Shown: positions 1 to 12,406, counted from the first letter of the stretch. The stretch is DNA of 64,000 nt from Octopus sinensis (GCF_006345805.1 NC_042999.1:22010001-22074000); one strand, 5' to 3'. A program made the numbers and translations. Notes: generated by a model not told the origin, from the sequence alone.

Positions 1-184
1 TCATTTGACTGCGGCCATGCTGGAGCACCGCCTTTAGTCGAGCAAATCGACCCCGGGACTAATTCTTTGTAAGCCCAGTACTTATTCTATCGGTCTCTTT
101 TTGCCGAACCGCTAAGTGACGGGGACGTAAACACGCCAGCATCGGTTGTCAAGCAAACATGGGGGGGGACAAACAGACACACAA

Positions 185-235
<51 letters not shown>

Positions 236-399
236 TACGACAGGCTTCTTTCAGCTTCCGTCTACCAAATCCACTCAAGGCTTTGGTCCGCTCAAGACTA
301 TAGTAGAAGACACCTGCCCAAGGTGCCACACAATGGGACTGAACCCAGAACAATGTGGCTGGTAAGCAAGCTACTTACCACACAACCACTCCTGCGCCT
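1..399 (-). mobile_element. SINE family A (tRNA-derived head, CORE-like CCTTGGGCAAG segment, internal (TA)n(TG)n, (AAAGAGT)n tail); 3' end cut by window edge
   Basis: Reverse complement reads AGGCGCAGGAGTGGTTGTGTGGTAAG (A box)...GGGTTCAGTCCC (B box)...CCTTGGGCAGG; matches about 25 other copies in the window. Confidence 0.9.
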
Positions 400-509
400 A
401 TTAATGTTTGTTTTTCCGTTATAATTAAATGTAAAACAAATTTACATTAAACTAAATAATTACTCAATACTTTTGGCAGATTTTTATCCTTTAACAAGAA
501 TAGTACTGA

Positions 510-548
510 CAGTGACTTCGAAGTTTCGGCCAGGTAAGCCATCAACAG
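510..548 (-). ncRNA. Degenerate minimal hammerhead motif (CUGUUGA variant), probably a PLE pseudo-LTR relic
   Basis: rc: CTGTTGA-T-GGC ttacctg GCC-GAAAC-TTCGAA-GTC-ACTG; palindromic loop 3 and GUC triplet; 5' strand of stem I not complementary. Confidence 0.55.
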
Positions 549-923
549 GCTTCAATTCATATTGGTTTTGTATAGTTTCTTTTAAGTTAAAATTTAGGGC
601 GGTAAGCTGAGATCTGTTGAATGATGTTTAGATTGTATGGTAGGCTTTGACGGAAAGGTCTGATGGAGAATTTTATTGATTAAATTTGTGATTGTGTTAT
701 TGTTCAGAATTTATTTGCGCATGTGGAACTTTCTAATCCATTGTGTCTATTTTGGTGTGTCATCTTCAGGTCATAGGAGTTTCAAGTAGGTGGAACGAGT
801 ATGTTTGTGAGCATACATGTCACTAGGTTTAGTGGTCATTGTTGGTTTTATTTGTATACCGGTGGGAGATTTAACCTTTTGTTTCGAGAATGGGAAATAT
901 ATACATATTTGATCTCGTTCTAT

Positions 924-1343
924 GGTGGCGAGCTGACAGAAGCGTTAGCACGCCAGGCGAAATGCTTAGCGGTATTTCGTCTGCTGTTACGTTCTGAATT
1001 CAACTTCAGCCGAGGTCGTATTTGCCTTTCCTCCTTTCGGGGTCGATAAATTAAGTACCAGTTACGCACAGGGGTCGTTGTAATCGACTTAATCCCTTTG
1101 TCCTTGTTGGTCCCCTCTATGTTTAGACCCTTGTGGGCAATAAAGAAATAAGTATCGTTAGCAAGCTAGCTGACATACTTAGCGGTATTTCGCCCGTCGC
1201 TACGTCCCGAGTTCGAATTCTCCTGGGGTCAAATTTGCCTTTCATCTTTTCGTAGGTCGATGAAATATGTAACAGTGAAACACAGGGGTCCCTGCCTCCC
1301 CAACATTATTTCAGGCCTTGTTCCTATCGTAGAAAAGATTATT
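924..1343 (+). mobile_element. SINE family C (extended tRNA-like head, Nin/Deu-like central domain), two units
   Basis: GGCGAGCTGACAGAAGCGTTAGC head; GCCTTTCCTCCTTTCGGGGTCGATAAATTAAGTACCAG domain; second, more degenerate unit ending CAGGCCTTGTTCCTATCGTAGAAAAGATTATT. Confidence 0.85.
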
Positions 1344-2117
1344 TACTTACGTCCTCGAGATCGGTTTCCTCGATCGACTGTAGCATTCCTTTACAAATGC
1401 AGAACCCTGAACAGGTGTCAGAACACAGTATTATATAATTAAAACCCAACCTAACAATTATCAACGTAGATCAAGAAATGAAAAGAATTAGAAAATAAAT
1501 CCAAAATTGCTACGTTGCTAATAAAATATACATATCTAATTAATATTGGATCTACTCAAAGAAACCGATGACTTAATAGCAACATTTTTTATCTTTAGTA
1601 TGGTTAAGTAAATAGACCCATATATTTACCGAAGGAAAGTCTTGTTGACTGAATACAGGTCGTCCTTCCCAAACAGGCTGACGGAGCAAGAGAACATATG
1701 TCGCTAAATAGATTTGTTAGTCAAACAAAGTACCGGTATCTTTGAATCAAAAATGTGAAATATTTCATTCAAAATGTTAAATTTCTATTCACAAGAAATT
1801 GTAAAATGTCAAACGGAATTCACAAAACCTCGCAAGTAAAAACAAAATGATACACAAATAATTGGTTTCTGACTCGAGCTTAAGATTAAAAATTTAGAGA
1901 ATGACATGAAGGTGTGTGACAGACATTTTATTCTTTGTAGCTTTAATGGTAAATGTAAATGGTTTGCAGATTAGAAATGTTATTCACTGAAAGCTTAACT
2001 ACACATCTGACTAAAATATTTATATGAATCCTTTTATGTCGAGTTATAATAAAAACAATTTTACATTACTTTTTGTAGAGTAAATATTAAATAATAATAT
2101 TCTTTTAAAAGAATAGC

Positions 2118-2193
2118 GTTGGCAGTGATTTCGAAGTTTCATCCTGCAGTCCAAAGAAGGCAGGCAGGCCAAAATTTCGAAGTCACTGCCAAC
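2118..2193 (+). repeat. 22-bp-arm inverted repeat containing a degenerate hammerhead
   Basis: GTTGGCAGTGATTTCGAAGTTT (2118-2139) vs AAATTTCGAAGTCACTGCCAAC (2172-2193); CAGT-ccaaaga-a-GGC aggcag GCC-aaaat-TTCGAA-GTC-ACTG at 2147-2188. Confidence 0.75.
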
Positions 2194-2204
2194 AATTTAC
2201 ATGT

Positions 2205-2522
2205 GTGCGTGTGTATCACGTCACGTGACCTACCAGGCTATCAGATGTTGCTACACATCGCTGGTCACAATGCGCTTCGCATTGTTTTAGCCTTCAATTG
2301 ACATCACCCCGCAGGTTAAGCGAGCAGGCCTACAGAAGAAAGAGTGGGAAGTTATGGCAAAAGAGTATAGCAGGGATCGCCACCAACCCCCTGCCGGAGC
2401 CTCGTGAAGCTTTTAGGTGTTTTCGCTCAATAAACATTCACAACGCCCGGTCTGGGAATCGAAACCGCGATCCTACGACCGCGAGTCCGCTACCCTAAAC
2501 ACTGGGCCATTGCGCCTCCACG
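2205..2522 (-). mobile_element. SINE family B (tRNA-derived head GTGGAGGCGCAATGGCCCAGTGG), tail type 2
   Basis: A and B boxes on the - strand; body and tail match 12407-12712. Confidence 0.9.
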
Positions 2523-2540
2523 AATGTGTGTGTGTGTATA

Positions 2541-3960
2541 ATGACAGAAGTAAATAGACACCACATAAAATAGCGTTTTATGTTTATTCTAACTTGTAAA
2601 GGTTTATAGTATTTATTAATTGAGTTTTTATGTTTCATGTTCTATATGTGACTGTTTAATCATGTTGTATACAAAAGAAGCTTCGTAATTGGCTGAATTA
2701 CTAAGTGGCCGTATTGTGGGTCATTCTGAATGTGGACATAGTCACCGTAAAATCGCAGAAAACCTTGGGATCCTGTGTCATCTCTTGTGAAAGGTAGGAG
2801 AGTCCAGTTTGCTGGACATTGTTGTAGAGCTGAAAAAGAAGTAATTTCTACTCTTCTCCACTGGAAGCCATCTACTCGCAATACCAGAAGGCGCACACTC
2901 TCCTACCCTGATGTAATCTCCAGGGATACAGGCATCCAGCAACAGGACCTCCATAATGCCATGATGGACCGTGAAGTCTGGCGTAGCATGGTAAATTCCA
3001 TTGTCTCGACCACGGTCGAACAATGATGATGATGAAGGAGTCCACATAACCTCGCCCAGATCAACCAGGGCCCTCTAACAGGACCCTTCTCTTAGCTAAG
3101 AGAAGTGTGGAGGATAATCCTAGTAGCAAGGCCTCTGACATAGCAGAGCAAGTTGATGTTGGTCCCAGAAGAGCTGTCAGGTATCTCCACAAACTTGGTT
3201 ACTATGGCAGAACAGTAAGAAGGAAGCCATTCCTTCCACCAGCCAATAAAGAGCGGAGAAAAGATTGGGCCAATGAGATGGTGGATGGGCCACTAGCATT
3301 TTGAGACACTTTAATATTCTCTGATGGGTCCAAAATTGCGGTAATACCTGACAGTGGTCGAGTATGGGTCTGGAGATTCTGTGATCAAGAATTTGATGTG
3401 AAAATATTGCAGCCATCAATGAACCACATCAGCTATTGTGGTGGTCTGGAGAGGAATTTAGAGCAATGCTTGATCAGAACTAGTGGAGTGTGAACGAAGA
3501 AAAAACTCAGATAATTATGTGTCCATATTGCAGAAGGGTCTCCTTCAAATCTTTTCCATTGGTCAAATGATTAAAGAAGGCTCTTTATTTATGGAAGGTG
3601 GGGCTCCTTGTCACACGGCTAAAATGATCCAAGATTTTTTGGATGAGAAAGGCATTAAAAAGGTTCCATGACCAAGCCAGTCATCAGATATGAACCGCAT
3701 TGAACACTTCTAGGAAATAATGGACAGGACACTTCATAAAAAGAACAAGAGAGCATCTTCAAAACCAGATCTTTTGAGATTACTGCATGAAAATTGGCAA
3801 GAAATTTCGCAAGAGAATATATTTCATCTGATCAGTAACATGCCTAATAGGTTCCTTGCATTGAAAAATATTACATATTCACATTATAACAATTAATAAA
3901 TAATTTGAATGTATAAGTTCAGATTTTTTATAATTTTTAATGATTATAAGGGTGTCTATT

Positions 3961-3964
<4 letters not shown>
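2541..3964 (+). mobile_element. Decayed Tc1 (DD34E-type) DNA transposon, interrupted by an RTE fragment
   Basis: Translated pieces GRIVGHSECGHSHRKIAENLGI, RKPFL..ANKERRKDWA, IFSDGSK, MEGGAPCHTAK, PSQSSDMNRIEH; inverted AATAGACACC (2553-2562) and GGTGTCTATT (3951-3960) near the ends; stops and frameshifts. Confidence 0.9.
2773..3036 (+). mobile_element. 5'-truncated RTE/RTE-X LINE 3' end with (GAT)n tail, nested in the Tc1
   Basis: RRVQFAGHCCRAEKEVISTLLHWKP...DTGIQQQDLHNAMMDREVWRSMV, then stop and GATGATGATG. Confidence 0.85.
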
Positions 3965-3995
<31 letters not shown>

Positions 3996-4063
3996 TGCTG
4001 TGTATATATATATATATATATATATATTGTTTATAGAGTAGAGACAAGTATTCTCATTTACTT

Positions 4064-4096
<33 letters not shown>

Positions 4097-4111
4097 TATA
4101 TATATATGAAT

Positions 4112-4460
4112 AGGCGCAGGCGTGGCTGCGTGGTAAGAAGCTTGCTTTCCGACCACATGGTTCCGGGTTCAGTCCCACTGTGTGGCACTTTGAGCAAGCG
4201 CCTTCTGCAATAATCTCGGACCGACGAGGATTTGGTAGACGGAAACTGAAAGTAGCCCGTCGTATATGTGTGTGTTTGTCCCCCACCATCGCTTGACAAC
4301 CGATGTTGGTGTGTTTACGTCCCCTAAACTTAGTGGGCTGACAACAAGAGACCGATAGAATAATAGTTGAATTAATACTAGGCTTACAATGAATAAGTCC
4401 TGGGATCGATTTGTTCGACTAAAGGCGGTGCACCGGTATGACTGAAAGAATAAAAGAAGA
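4112..4460 (+). mobile_element. SINE family A
   Basis: A box TGGCTGCGTGG, B box GGTTCAGTCCC, shared body and tail. Confidence 0.9.
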
Positions 4461-4682
4461 TATATACTCTATCTTATATGAAAACTTCGTCTTTTCTGTG
4501 GGAGTAAAGGAGATTTAGAAGAATAGCACAATTTCTCTATAGTACTAGTAATTACTTTACGAATTTCAACAGAAGACGAAAAAGCTACTAAACGGCCAGT
4601 CAACGAGTTAGGAAGATCAGACACATCTCCCTAAATCACACCCTAATTACGCGCTGCTGCGTTGCATAATTACTTTTAAATA

Positions 4683-5149
4683 CCGTAAATCCTCGGGTAT
4701 AATCCGCATTTTTTTCCCAAAATTTAAAGGTCAAAATCCCTAGTGCGTACTATATACGAGGTTAAACATGAAAATTATTTTCTAAGCAATGTCCGAGTCT
4801 CTATTTGCTGTCCGGCAGTGTTTATTCAGACGCATTTTGTGATGTCGGGCGTGAAAATACCTTAAGCTAAGCCTGAAAGCAATGAAGTCATAAAAGAATC
4901 ATCCATAACTTGCAATAAGCAACATTTATTAAACGTTATTACTATTATTACTGTTATTTCTTTATTTTCTGCAAACAAGGCCCAGGAGTGGCTGTGTGGT
5001 AAGTAGCTTGCTAACCAACCACATGGTTCCGGGTTCAGTCCCACTGCGTGGCATCTTGGGCAAGTGTCTTCTGCTATAGCCCCGGGCCGATCAATGCCTT
5101 GTGAGTGGATTTGGTAGATGGAAACTGAAAGAAGCCTGTCGTATATATG

Positions 5150-5184
<35 letters not shown>

Positions 5185-5613
5185 CTGTGTTTGTCCCCCT
5201 AGCATTGCTTGACAACCGATGCTGGTGTGTTTACGTCCCCGTCATTTAGCGGTTCGGCGAAAGAGATCGATAGAATAAGTACTGGACTTACAAAGAATAA
5301 GTCCCGGGGTCGAGTTGCTGGATTAAAGGCGGTGCTCCAGCATGGCCGCAGTCAAATGACTGAAACAAGTAAAAGAGTAAAGAGTAAAATGCACAAAATG
5401 CTACACGTTTGCATAATGTTATATATACAATAATGATAAACGACGTTACCGTATGCATTTTTACAAACCAAGGACGTTATATAGACCTCCTTGACTCAAG
5501 TTAGAGATGGGGTGCGTATTATACATAATGTTTAGGGATTTTTCAGAGGTGCAACCCCCTAAAAATTTCCTGCGTGTTGTACCCAAGGGCGGATTATACT
5601 CGAGGATTTACGG
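4683..5613. mobile_element. Non-autonomous pogo/Tigger-like DNA transposon (CCGTA TIRs, TA TSD) carrying a SINE-A insertion
   Basis: TA-CCGTAAATCCTCGGGTATAATCCGC ... GCGGATTATACTCGAGGATTTACGG-TA; 25-bp TIRs with 1 mismatch. Confidence 0.8.
4978..5389 (+). mobile_element. SINE family A (young subfamily), nested in the pogo-like element
   Basis: Near-identical to 21356-21761 and 54265-54672 (CCTAGCATTGCTT, AGTCCCGGGGTCGA diagnostics). Confidence 0.92.
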
Positions 5614-5869
5614 TACATTATGTCTGAAAACATATGTGATGGGCATGTTTTGAATGTCTTTATTTATGAATTTGCTTCGTGAAAGTTTACGTGAGTATAA
5701 TCACCTTCGACAATAGGGGTTGTCAGGGGCGAAATCGAGCCCAAATAATAAAACTAGATATCGGAAGTTCAAATATGTTATGATTTGTATTAACTTAAAC
5801 AACGTTAGAGAAAAGGAATTGTTATACTTCTTTAGCTGTAGTTATAAAAGTTTTTCTTTGAGATGTTGG

Positions 5870-5883
5870 AGTCTGTATGTATG

Positions 5884-5961
<78 letters not shown>

Positions 5962-6075
5962 TGTGTGTGTGTGTGTGTGTGTGTGTGTATCTATGTATGT
6001 ATATGTATATATATATATATACATATGTATGTGTGTATGTATGTGTGTGTGTGTACGTATATATGTATGTATGTG
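5870..6075. repeat. Compound (TA)n/(TG)n/(TATG)n microsatellite
   Basis: Direct reading. Confidence 0.95.
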
Positions 6076-6805
6076 TGCGTATATCTTGTGCGTTCGAGAT
6101 GGTTCTTTGGAGCCTGAATTTGAAAATGCTAGGTGCTCCCCATCGATCACGTACGAAGCTTTCGTGACGTGTCATATCTACACAGAAATAAAATTGATAT
6201 TTATTTATTTATTCATTTATTTATTTATTTATCTATTTATTTATCATCGATGAACATTTGGCATCACTCTACTCTAGCTTATGGATTCTGACAAAGACTG
6301 ACAATAGATTTCTTTAGAACTGTCAAGAACATTGTACCACCAACTAAATGTCCGTCGGATTATAAATGAGCAATATTGATTTTATACACACACAGACACA
6401 CACACACATAACTTCAAACCAAAAGAAAGAGGAAATGCATGGTTGTGGCATTAATGGCTTTCCCAAGAGGATAACTAGCATAAATGATTTGATATAAACT
6501 GATTAGCAAGGCAGCAACAATCGTTTTCTTGAGATTTACAAACACATTCTAGGCTTAAATAACACCTCCTTGATTTAGGTAACACCGGTACGTTGAACCT
6601 TTAAATATTAATGAAATGTCTTATATATTTCTACTCAGTTAAGCACTGAAATTTTACAACTCCATCTACCACGATTAATGATTTATTTTGCTTCGTTCCG
6701 TTGGTATTTAATAGAAATAATAATTGAAATACTTTTGTAAGTTGAAGATTTCTATTTCCATGGATTGAAGAATCTCAACTAGCCAAGTCGATAGAAACTA
6801 GACGT

Positions 6806-7161
6806 TGTGGCACTGTGTCGGTTACGTCGACGAGGGTTCCTATTGATCTGATCAACGGAACAGCCTGCAAGTGGCTGAGCACTCCACAGACACGTGTACC
6901 CTTAACGTAATCCTCGAGGAGATTCAGCGTGATACAGAGTGTGACAAGGCTGGCCCTTTGAAATACAGGTACAACAGAAATAGGAAGAAAGAGTGAGAGA
7001 AAGTTGTAGTGAAAGTATACAGGAGGGTTCACCACAACCCCTGATGGAGCCTCGTGGATCTTTAGGTGTTTTCGTTTAATAAACACTTGCAACGCTCGGT
7101 CTGGGAATCAAAACTGTGATCCTACGACCGCTGCCCTAAACACTGGGCCATTGCGCCTCCA
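6806..7161 (-). mobile_element. SINE family B, tail type 1
   Basis: rc matches 34275-34657; degenerate flanking repeat AGAAACTAGACGT / AGAAATTCGACGT. Confidence 0.9.
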
Positions 7162-7620
7162 CAGAAATTCGACGTACAGATTCGATGGTTCAATGATTTT
7201 TATTCTGTTATTTTTACAACGTTATATTAATGAACAGTGTAATTTACTCCCAGATGGTTAAATGTCCATGGCTGTAGTAAAATAGATACCGCGAGGCATA
7301 TAGATTTCACCACTAAATAGATGAAGTATTGCGATTAGTTATTGATTATATTATTTCTGATCAATTCGCAAACTTGCCAGAACCAGTCGGTGACATCTTG
7401 TAACTTTAGACTCGTCTAAAACTCTTTCGGTTATATTTGTAATTATATTCAGTTTCTGATTTGCAAAATGGAATTTCTTTTTAATCAACAAGCAGCTTCT
7501 CTTGTGACTGTAGCCCTGCTGGAGCACCGCCTTTTATTCGAGCAATTATTATTATTATTGTTGTTATTATTATTGTTATTATTATTATTATTATTGTTGA
7601 TGTTGTTGCTATTGTCGATG

Positions 7621-8016
7621 TCTCTTACTCTTTTACTCTTATTTGTTTCAGTCATTTGACTACGGCCATGCTGGAGCACCGCTTTTTAGTCGAGCAAATC
7701 GACCCCAGAACTTGTTCTTTGTAAGCCTAGTACTTATTCTATCGGTCACTTTTTGCCGAACCGCTAAGTTACGAGGACGTAAACACACCAGCATCGGTTG
7801 TCAAGCGATGTTGGAGGAACAAACACAGACACACAAACATATATACACACATATATACGACGGGCTTCTTTCAGATTCCGTCTACCAAACCACTCACAAG
7901 GCTTTGGTCAGCCCTAGGCTATAGAAGACACATGCCCAAGGTGCCACGCAGTGGGACTGAACCCAGAAAATGCGGTTGGTGAGCAAGCTACTTACCACAC
8001 AGCCACTCCTACGCCT
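7621..8016 (-). mobile_element. SINE family A (extra tail fragment at ~7495-7545 plus (ATT)n upstream)
   Basis: Full head-body-tail match. Confidence 0.9.
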
Positions 8017-8896
8017 ACCTCTGCAAATAATGGCAAAATATCCAGTGTACTACGATATTGGTTACATATTTAACTAATTTTCAAGTATTCTCTTGCCCTT
8101 CTTTGAGGCGCTAACAAGTGATTTGAGTGTGACTGACCTTGTTGACAGCAGTTCCTCATGAGACTGAAATCTATTAAACAAGTCAGATAATCCTGGATAA
8201 TCATGAAAATATTTCTGATTAATTTAAATCATGACTCTTAGTTTTCTCCAACTACGGTCAGTTAGCCTCTACGTTCAATATCTCAACTCACTTCTACTCG
8301 AAAATCTTAAAGAAGCATAAGTTATGTGCAGTATCATTCAGCTGGTATTCTCGCTGTGGTTCCCTTACAATTTCCTAATATAGACAAATTTACATGATGC
8401 AGATGAAGCTAAATTGAAATGTCGTCTTCATTTTATTATTCCTATAGATGGTTCTCTCCAGCATTTTCGATGTATCAATAGAGTTTATATCCGACCTAAA
8501 TTCTGGTTTAAGTTTTCCGAATTTTAACATCATACAACTCGCAGGAGACAGGTTTATTTACGCAAAATTTGTATAATTCTATTTTTACAATTTTCGTTGC
8601 TCTTTGTTCGACTTGAGAATAAATATTCATTTCTTCTTATCTCTTCCTTTCCATCACTTTACTTCCTATTCGCCCATGCGATGAATGGCTGCAAAGGGCT
8701 GTATCAAAATGGTAGTATTTATCACAGTCACCGCAGCAGAATCTTGAGTCGTCACGTGACCGCAAAACTATCCATAATCCGAAAAACGGAACTACTCACA
8801 CATAAGATGATGTAATCCTACACCCACCGCTCACCAAACAAAAATAAAGGCGATGGCCACGAATGGAATGCTTTCGCTTCCAGATTTTCTCAGTGT

Positions 8897-9060
8897 TAGC
8901 ATGGCTGTGCGCTTGCAACCATAAGGTTCCAGGTTATCAAACAACGCTCATTGGGGAAGTGTCTTCTAATATAGTCCAGTGTCGACCAACGACATTTGAG
9001 TAACTTTGTTAGGCGGAAATTGCGTGGAAGTCCGTCGTGTGTATGTATGCATGTGTGTAT
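8897..9060 (+). mobile_element. Old, degenerate SINE-A-like head
   Basis: TTGGGGAAGTGTCTTCTAATATAG...GGAAGTCCGTCGTGTGTATG similarity. Confidence 0.6.
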
Positions 9061-9069
9061 GCATTTGTT

Positions 9070-9465
9070 CCCGCTAAACGCAGAGAGGACAAACAAGGAC
9101 AGACAAACGGATTAAGTCACTTATATCGACAACCAGTGCGTAACTGGTACTTAATTTATCGACCCCGAAAGGATGAAAGGCAAAGTCGACCTCGGCAGAA
9201 TTTGAACTCAGAACATAACGGCAGACGAAATACCTATTTCTTTATTACCCACAAGGGGCTAAACACAGAGGGGACAAACAAGGACAGACATAGGTATTAA
9301 GTCGATTACATCGACCCCCAGTGCTTAACTGGTACTTAATTTATCGGCCGCGAAAGGATGAAAGGCAAAGTCGACCTCGGCGGAATTTGAACTCAGAACA
9401 TAACGGTAGACGAAATACTGCTAAGCATTTCGCCTGGAGTGCAAACGTTTCTGCCAGTTCGCCGC
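9070..9465 (-). mobile_element. SINE family C dimer (unit ~185 bp)
   Basis: GACGAAATAC at 9224 and 9409; single head at the right end. Confidence 0.9.
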
Positions 9466-9698
9466 TTGCATTTGCAAATAGATTATGGTAAGTATTGGTA
9501 TTTTTACAATCTTTGAACTATGTAACAAACTGTTTCAATAAGGAAACATAAATTGATTTAGTGCCATGAGGAATCTAAGGAATGACATAACGAAAACACT
9601 TTGAAAATATAACTTTTGAAATTTGTTTTAAATCGCATATAAGTCAGTGACTTGCATTTCTTTCTAGGTTTACGACAGGTGGATTAATGTCTGAAATC

Positions 9699-9900
9699 TT
9701 ACTATGGCGTAGTAGTTAAGAGCGCCGGCTACTAACCCTAAGATTCCGAGTTCGATTCCAAGCAGTAACCTGAATAATATTAACACCGAATGAGAACCCA
9801 GGTTCGAATTTTCCCCATGAAGGCAGGAGGGTATATCAGTCGAAACGTTGTGTTAACAACAAACAAGATGGGGACAAATATCCATCAAATGTAAATAAAT
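9699..9900 (+). mobile_element. tRNA-derived head fused to a damaged hammerhead motif and PLE-like tail (candidate ribozyme-SINE)
   Basis: A box TGGCGTAGTAG (9705), B box GAGTTCGATTCC (9748), acceptor-like TTACT/AGTAA; then CCCATGA-A-GGCAG gagggtatat CAGTC-GAAACGT-T (9814-9849). Confidence 0.6.
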
Positions 9901-9905
9901 AATAT

Positions 9906-10241
9906 AGGCGTAGGGGTGGCTCTGTGGTAAGTAGCTTGCTTACGAACCACATGATCCTGGGTTCAGTCCCACTGCGTGGAACCTTGGGCAAGTGTCTTCT
10001 ACTATAGCCTCGTGAGAATGAAAGCCCGTTGTATATGTGTGTGTGTGTCTGTATTTGTCCCCCAACATCACTTGACAACCGATGCTGGTGTGTTTATGTC
10101 CCCGTAACTTAGCGGTTCGGCAAAAGAGACCAATAGAATAAGTACTAGGCTTACGAAGAATAAGTCCTGGGGTCGATTTGCTCGACTAAAGGCGATGCTC
10201 CAGCATGGCCGCAGTCAAATGACTGAAACAAGTAAAAGAGT
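9906..10241 (+). mobile_element. SINE family A (internal deletion)
   Basis: Head, body and tail match. Confidence 0.9.
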
Positions 10242-10739
10242 ATAGTAGCAAGAAATGTTTTACCAATCTGACGAATCCCAGCAATTCTTAGAAACAGTCA
10301 GACATGGCTTTTTCCCCTTACGTTATTAAGAGATAGTATTTATGACTCGCTATGGAGTAGATTTAACGAGATAAATTCAAATGTATATATGCATGCATAC
10401 CATATTTTCGTTATTGTCTAAGTCTGTGTGTAACTAAATGTGAGCAAACTTGTTTATGCAATTTGATGTGCGCATATAGATTGTGCACATGTGTGCATGT
10501 ATGAGGATTGACTGATTGCGAATGGGTTTAGCATATGCGAGTGACTCTGCATAAGCGTGTGAGAATATACAAGTTAGTCTATATCCGAATACGTAATATA
10601 AGCGAATATATTAGTATGTTCATAAGTATATATGTGAATCTTCAGTCAAAGAGTAATTCTTTCAGGTGGAGAGGATTGTTCTCGAAATATTTCAAAATAT
10701 TTCAAAACATGAACAAAGTTTCACAATATGTTGGTTCAG

Positions 10740-11110
10740 CCAAAGCTGTCCGATTAAGAAGTTCACTTTACACCCATTTGCTTTCAGCTTTAGTCCTACT
10801 GCGCAGCATCTTGGGTAGATGTCTTCTTCTATAACCTCGGGTCAATCACAGCTTTGTGAGTGAACTTGGTAGGTAGAGACTGTATGGAATCCTGTCACAT
10901 ATGTATTTGTGTGAGTGAGTGCGGGAATGAGTGAGTGCGTGAGTGAGTGAGTGCGTGCGTGCGTGAGTACGTGCGTGAGTGAGTGTTTCTATGCATCTAT
11001 ATGAGTGTTTTTTTCAATGTTTCCACGCTGTTTGACAACTGATCTTAGTTTAAGTCCTCGTGACTTAGTAGCTCGGGAATAAGATATTCAGCAGAATAAG
11101 CACAAGACTT
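10740..11110 (+). mobile_element. Old SINE-A-like copy with (GAGT)n/(GCGT)n internal tract
   Basis: CATCTTGGGTAGATGTCTTCTTCTATAACCTCGGG...TTGACAAC similarity. Confidence 0.6.
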
Positions 11111-11194
11111 GACCAAAAATACGAAATACGAACTAGGGGCGATTAAATCGACGATTGAACCAATTACAAATCTAAAAATATTCTTTTCTATTAT

Positions 11195-11753
11195 AAGCAC
11201 AATTTGGGGGAGGGGGATAGTCGATTACAGTGACCCCAGTACTAAACTGGTACTTAATTTATTGATCCCGAAAGGATGAAGGGCAATGTCGACCTCGGCG
11301 TAATTTGAACTCAGAACGTAAAGACAGATGAAATACTTATTTCTTCATTGCCCACAAGGGCTAAACACAGAGGGGACAAACAAGGACAGACAAACGGATT
11401 AAGTCAATTATATCGACCCACAGTGCGCAAGTGGTACTTAATTTATCGACCCCGAAAGGATGAAAGGCAAAGTCGACCTCGGCGGAATTTGAACTCAGAA
11501 CGTAGTGGCAGACGAAATACCTATTTCTTTACTACCCACAAGTGGCTAAACACAGAGAGGACAAACAAAGACAGACAAACGGATTAAGTCGATTGTATCG
11601 ACCCCAGTGAGTAACTGGTACTCATCTAATCGATCTCGAAAGGATGGATGACAAAGTCGACCTCGGCGGAACTTGAACTCAGAACGTAACAGTAGACGAA
11701 AAACCGCTAAGCATTTCGCCCGGCATGCTGACGTTTCTGGCTGCTCGCCGCCT
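11195..11753 (-). mobile_element. SINE family C trimer (unit 184 bp)
   Basis: GAYGAAA-AC at 11327, 11511 and 11695; one head; the last unit has the alternative tail. Confidence 0.9.
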
Positions 11754-12406
11754 TACAGCTCTAAAAATATAAAAAAAGGTAGATGTAAACTTATCGTAGA
11801 TTTAAGAATCAATCTCAGATAATGCAGCACTTGGGTAAATCCTACAATAAACCGAATATAGTAATCACGAACGTTGTTCTGAGATTCGGGCAAGAAATAA
11901 TTAACTGTCAAATAGCATATATCACCTGGTTGCAAATATAAACCGTAATAATTTTACAGGTCGAGTTATGGGTTAATATTGCAGACAATTGGGGGTTCTA
12001 TAGAACTAGTGTGTAAATTGAAAAACTGGCAAAGTAAAATTCAATAACCAAAGCAATAAGCAACACAGATGTCAAACTTATGTTACTTTTAACATATATG
12101 GTTACCTATGTCTTTCGGTAGTTCAAGGTTGAAAGGAAACCTGTACATTCACACAGGAGGCTGTGAGAGTACACAGGTAAATTAATGATCTTATAGCATG
12201 TTTATGCAGAATAACAATGTCGTATTGGTGTATGCATACACATATACGTACACACACATGTGTATATAGTGACTGTACACATGTATGCATGCATACGCAG
12301 GTATATATGTACACACACACACATGTATACATATATGCACCTACATGTATATGTATATACCTAAATACATGTTTCTATGTGTGTGTATATATATATATAC
12401 CTGCAT

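Noticed and set aside
9699-9770. Functional tRNA gene
   Set aside because: Anticodon and T stems do not pair properly and there is no oligo-T terminator; treated as a SINE-type head
9070-11753. CRISPR-like array (regularly spaced repeats)
   Set aside because: Units are ~184-bp SINE multimers without unique spacers; eukaryotic context and no cas genes
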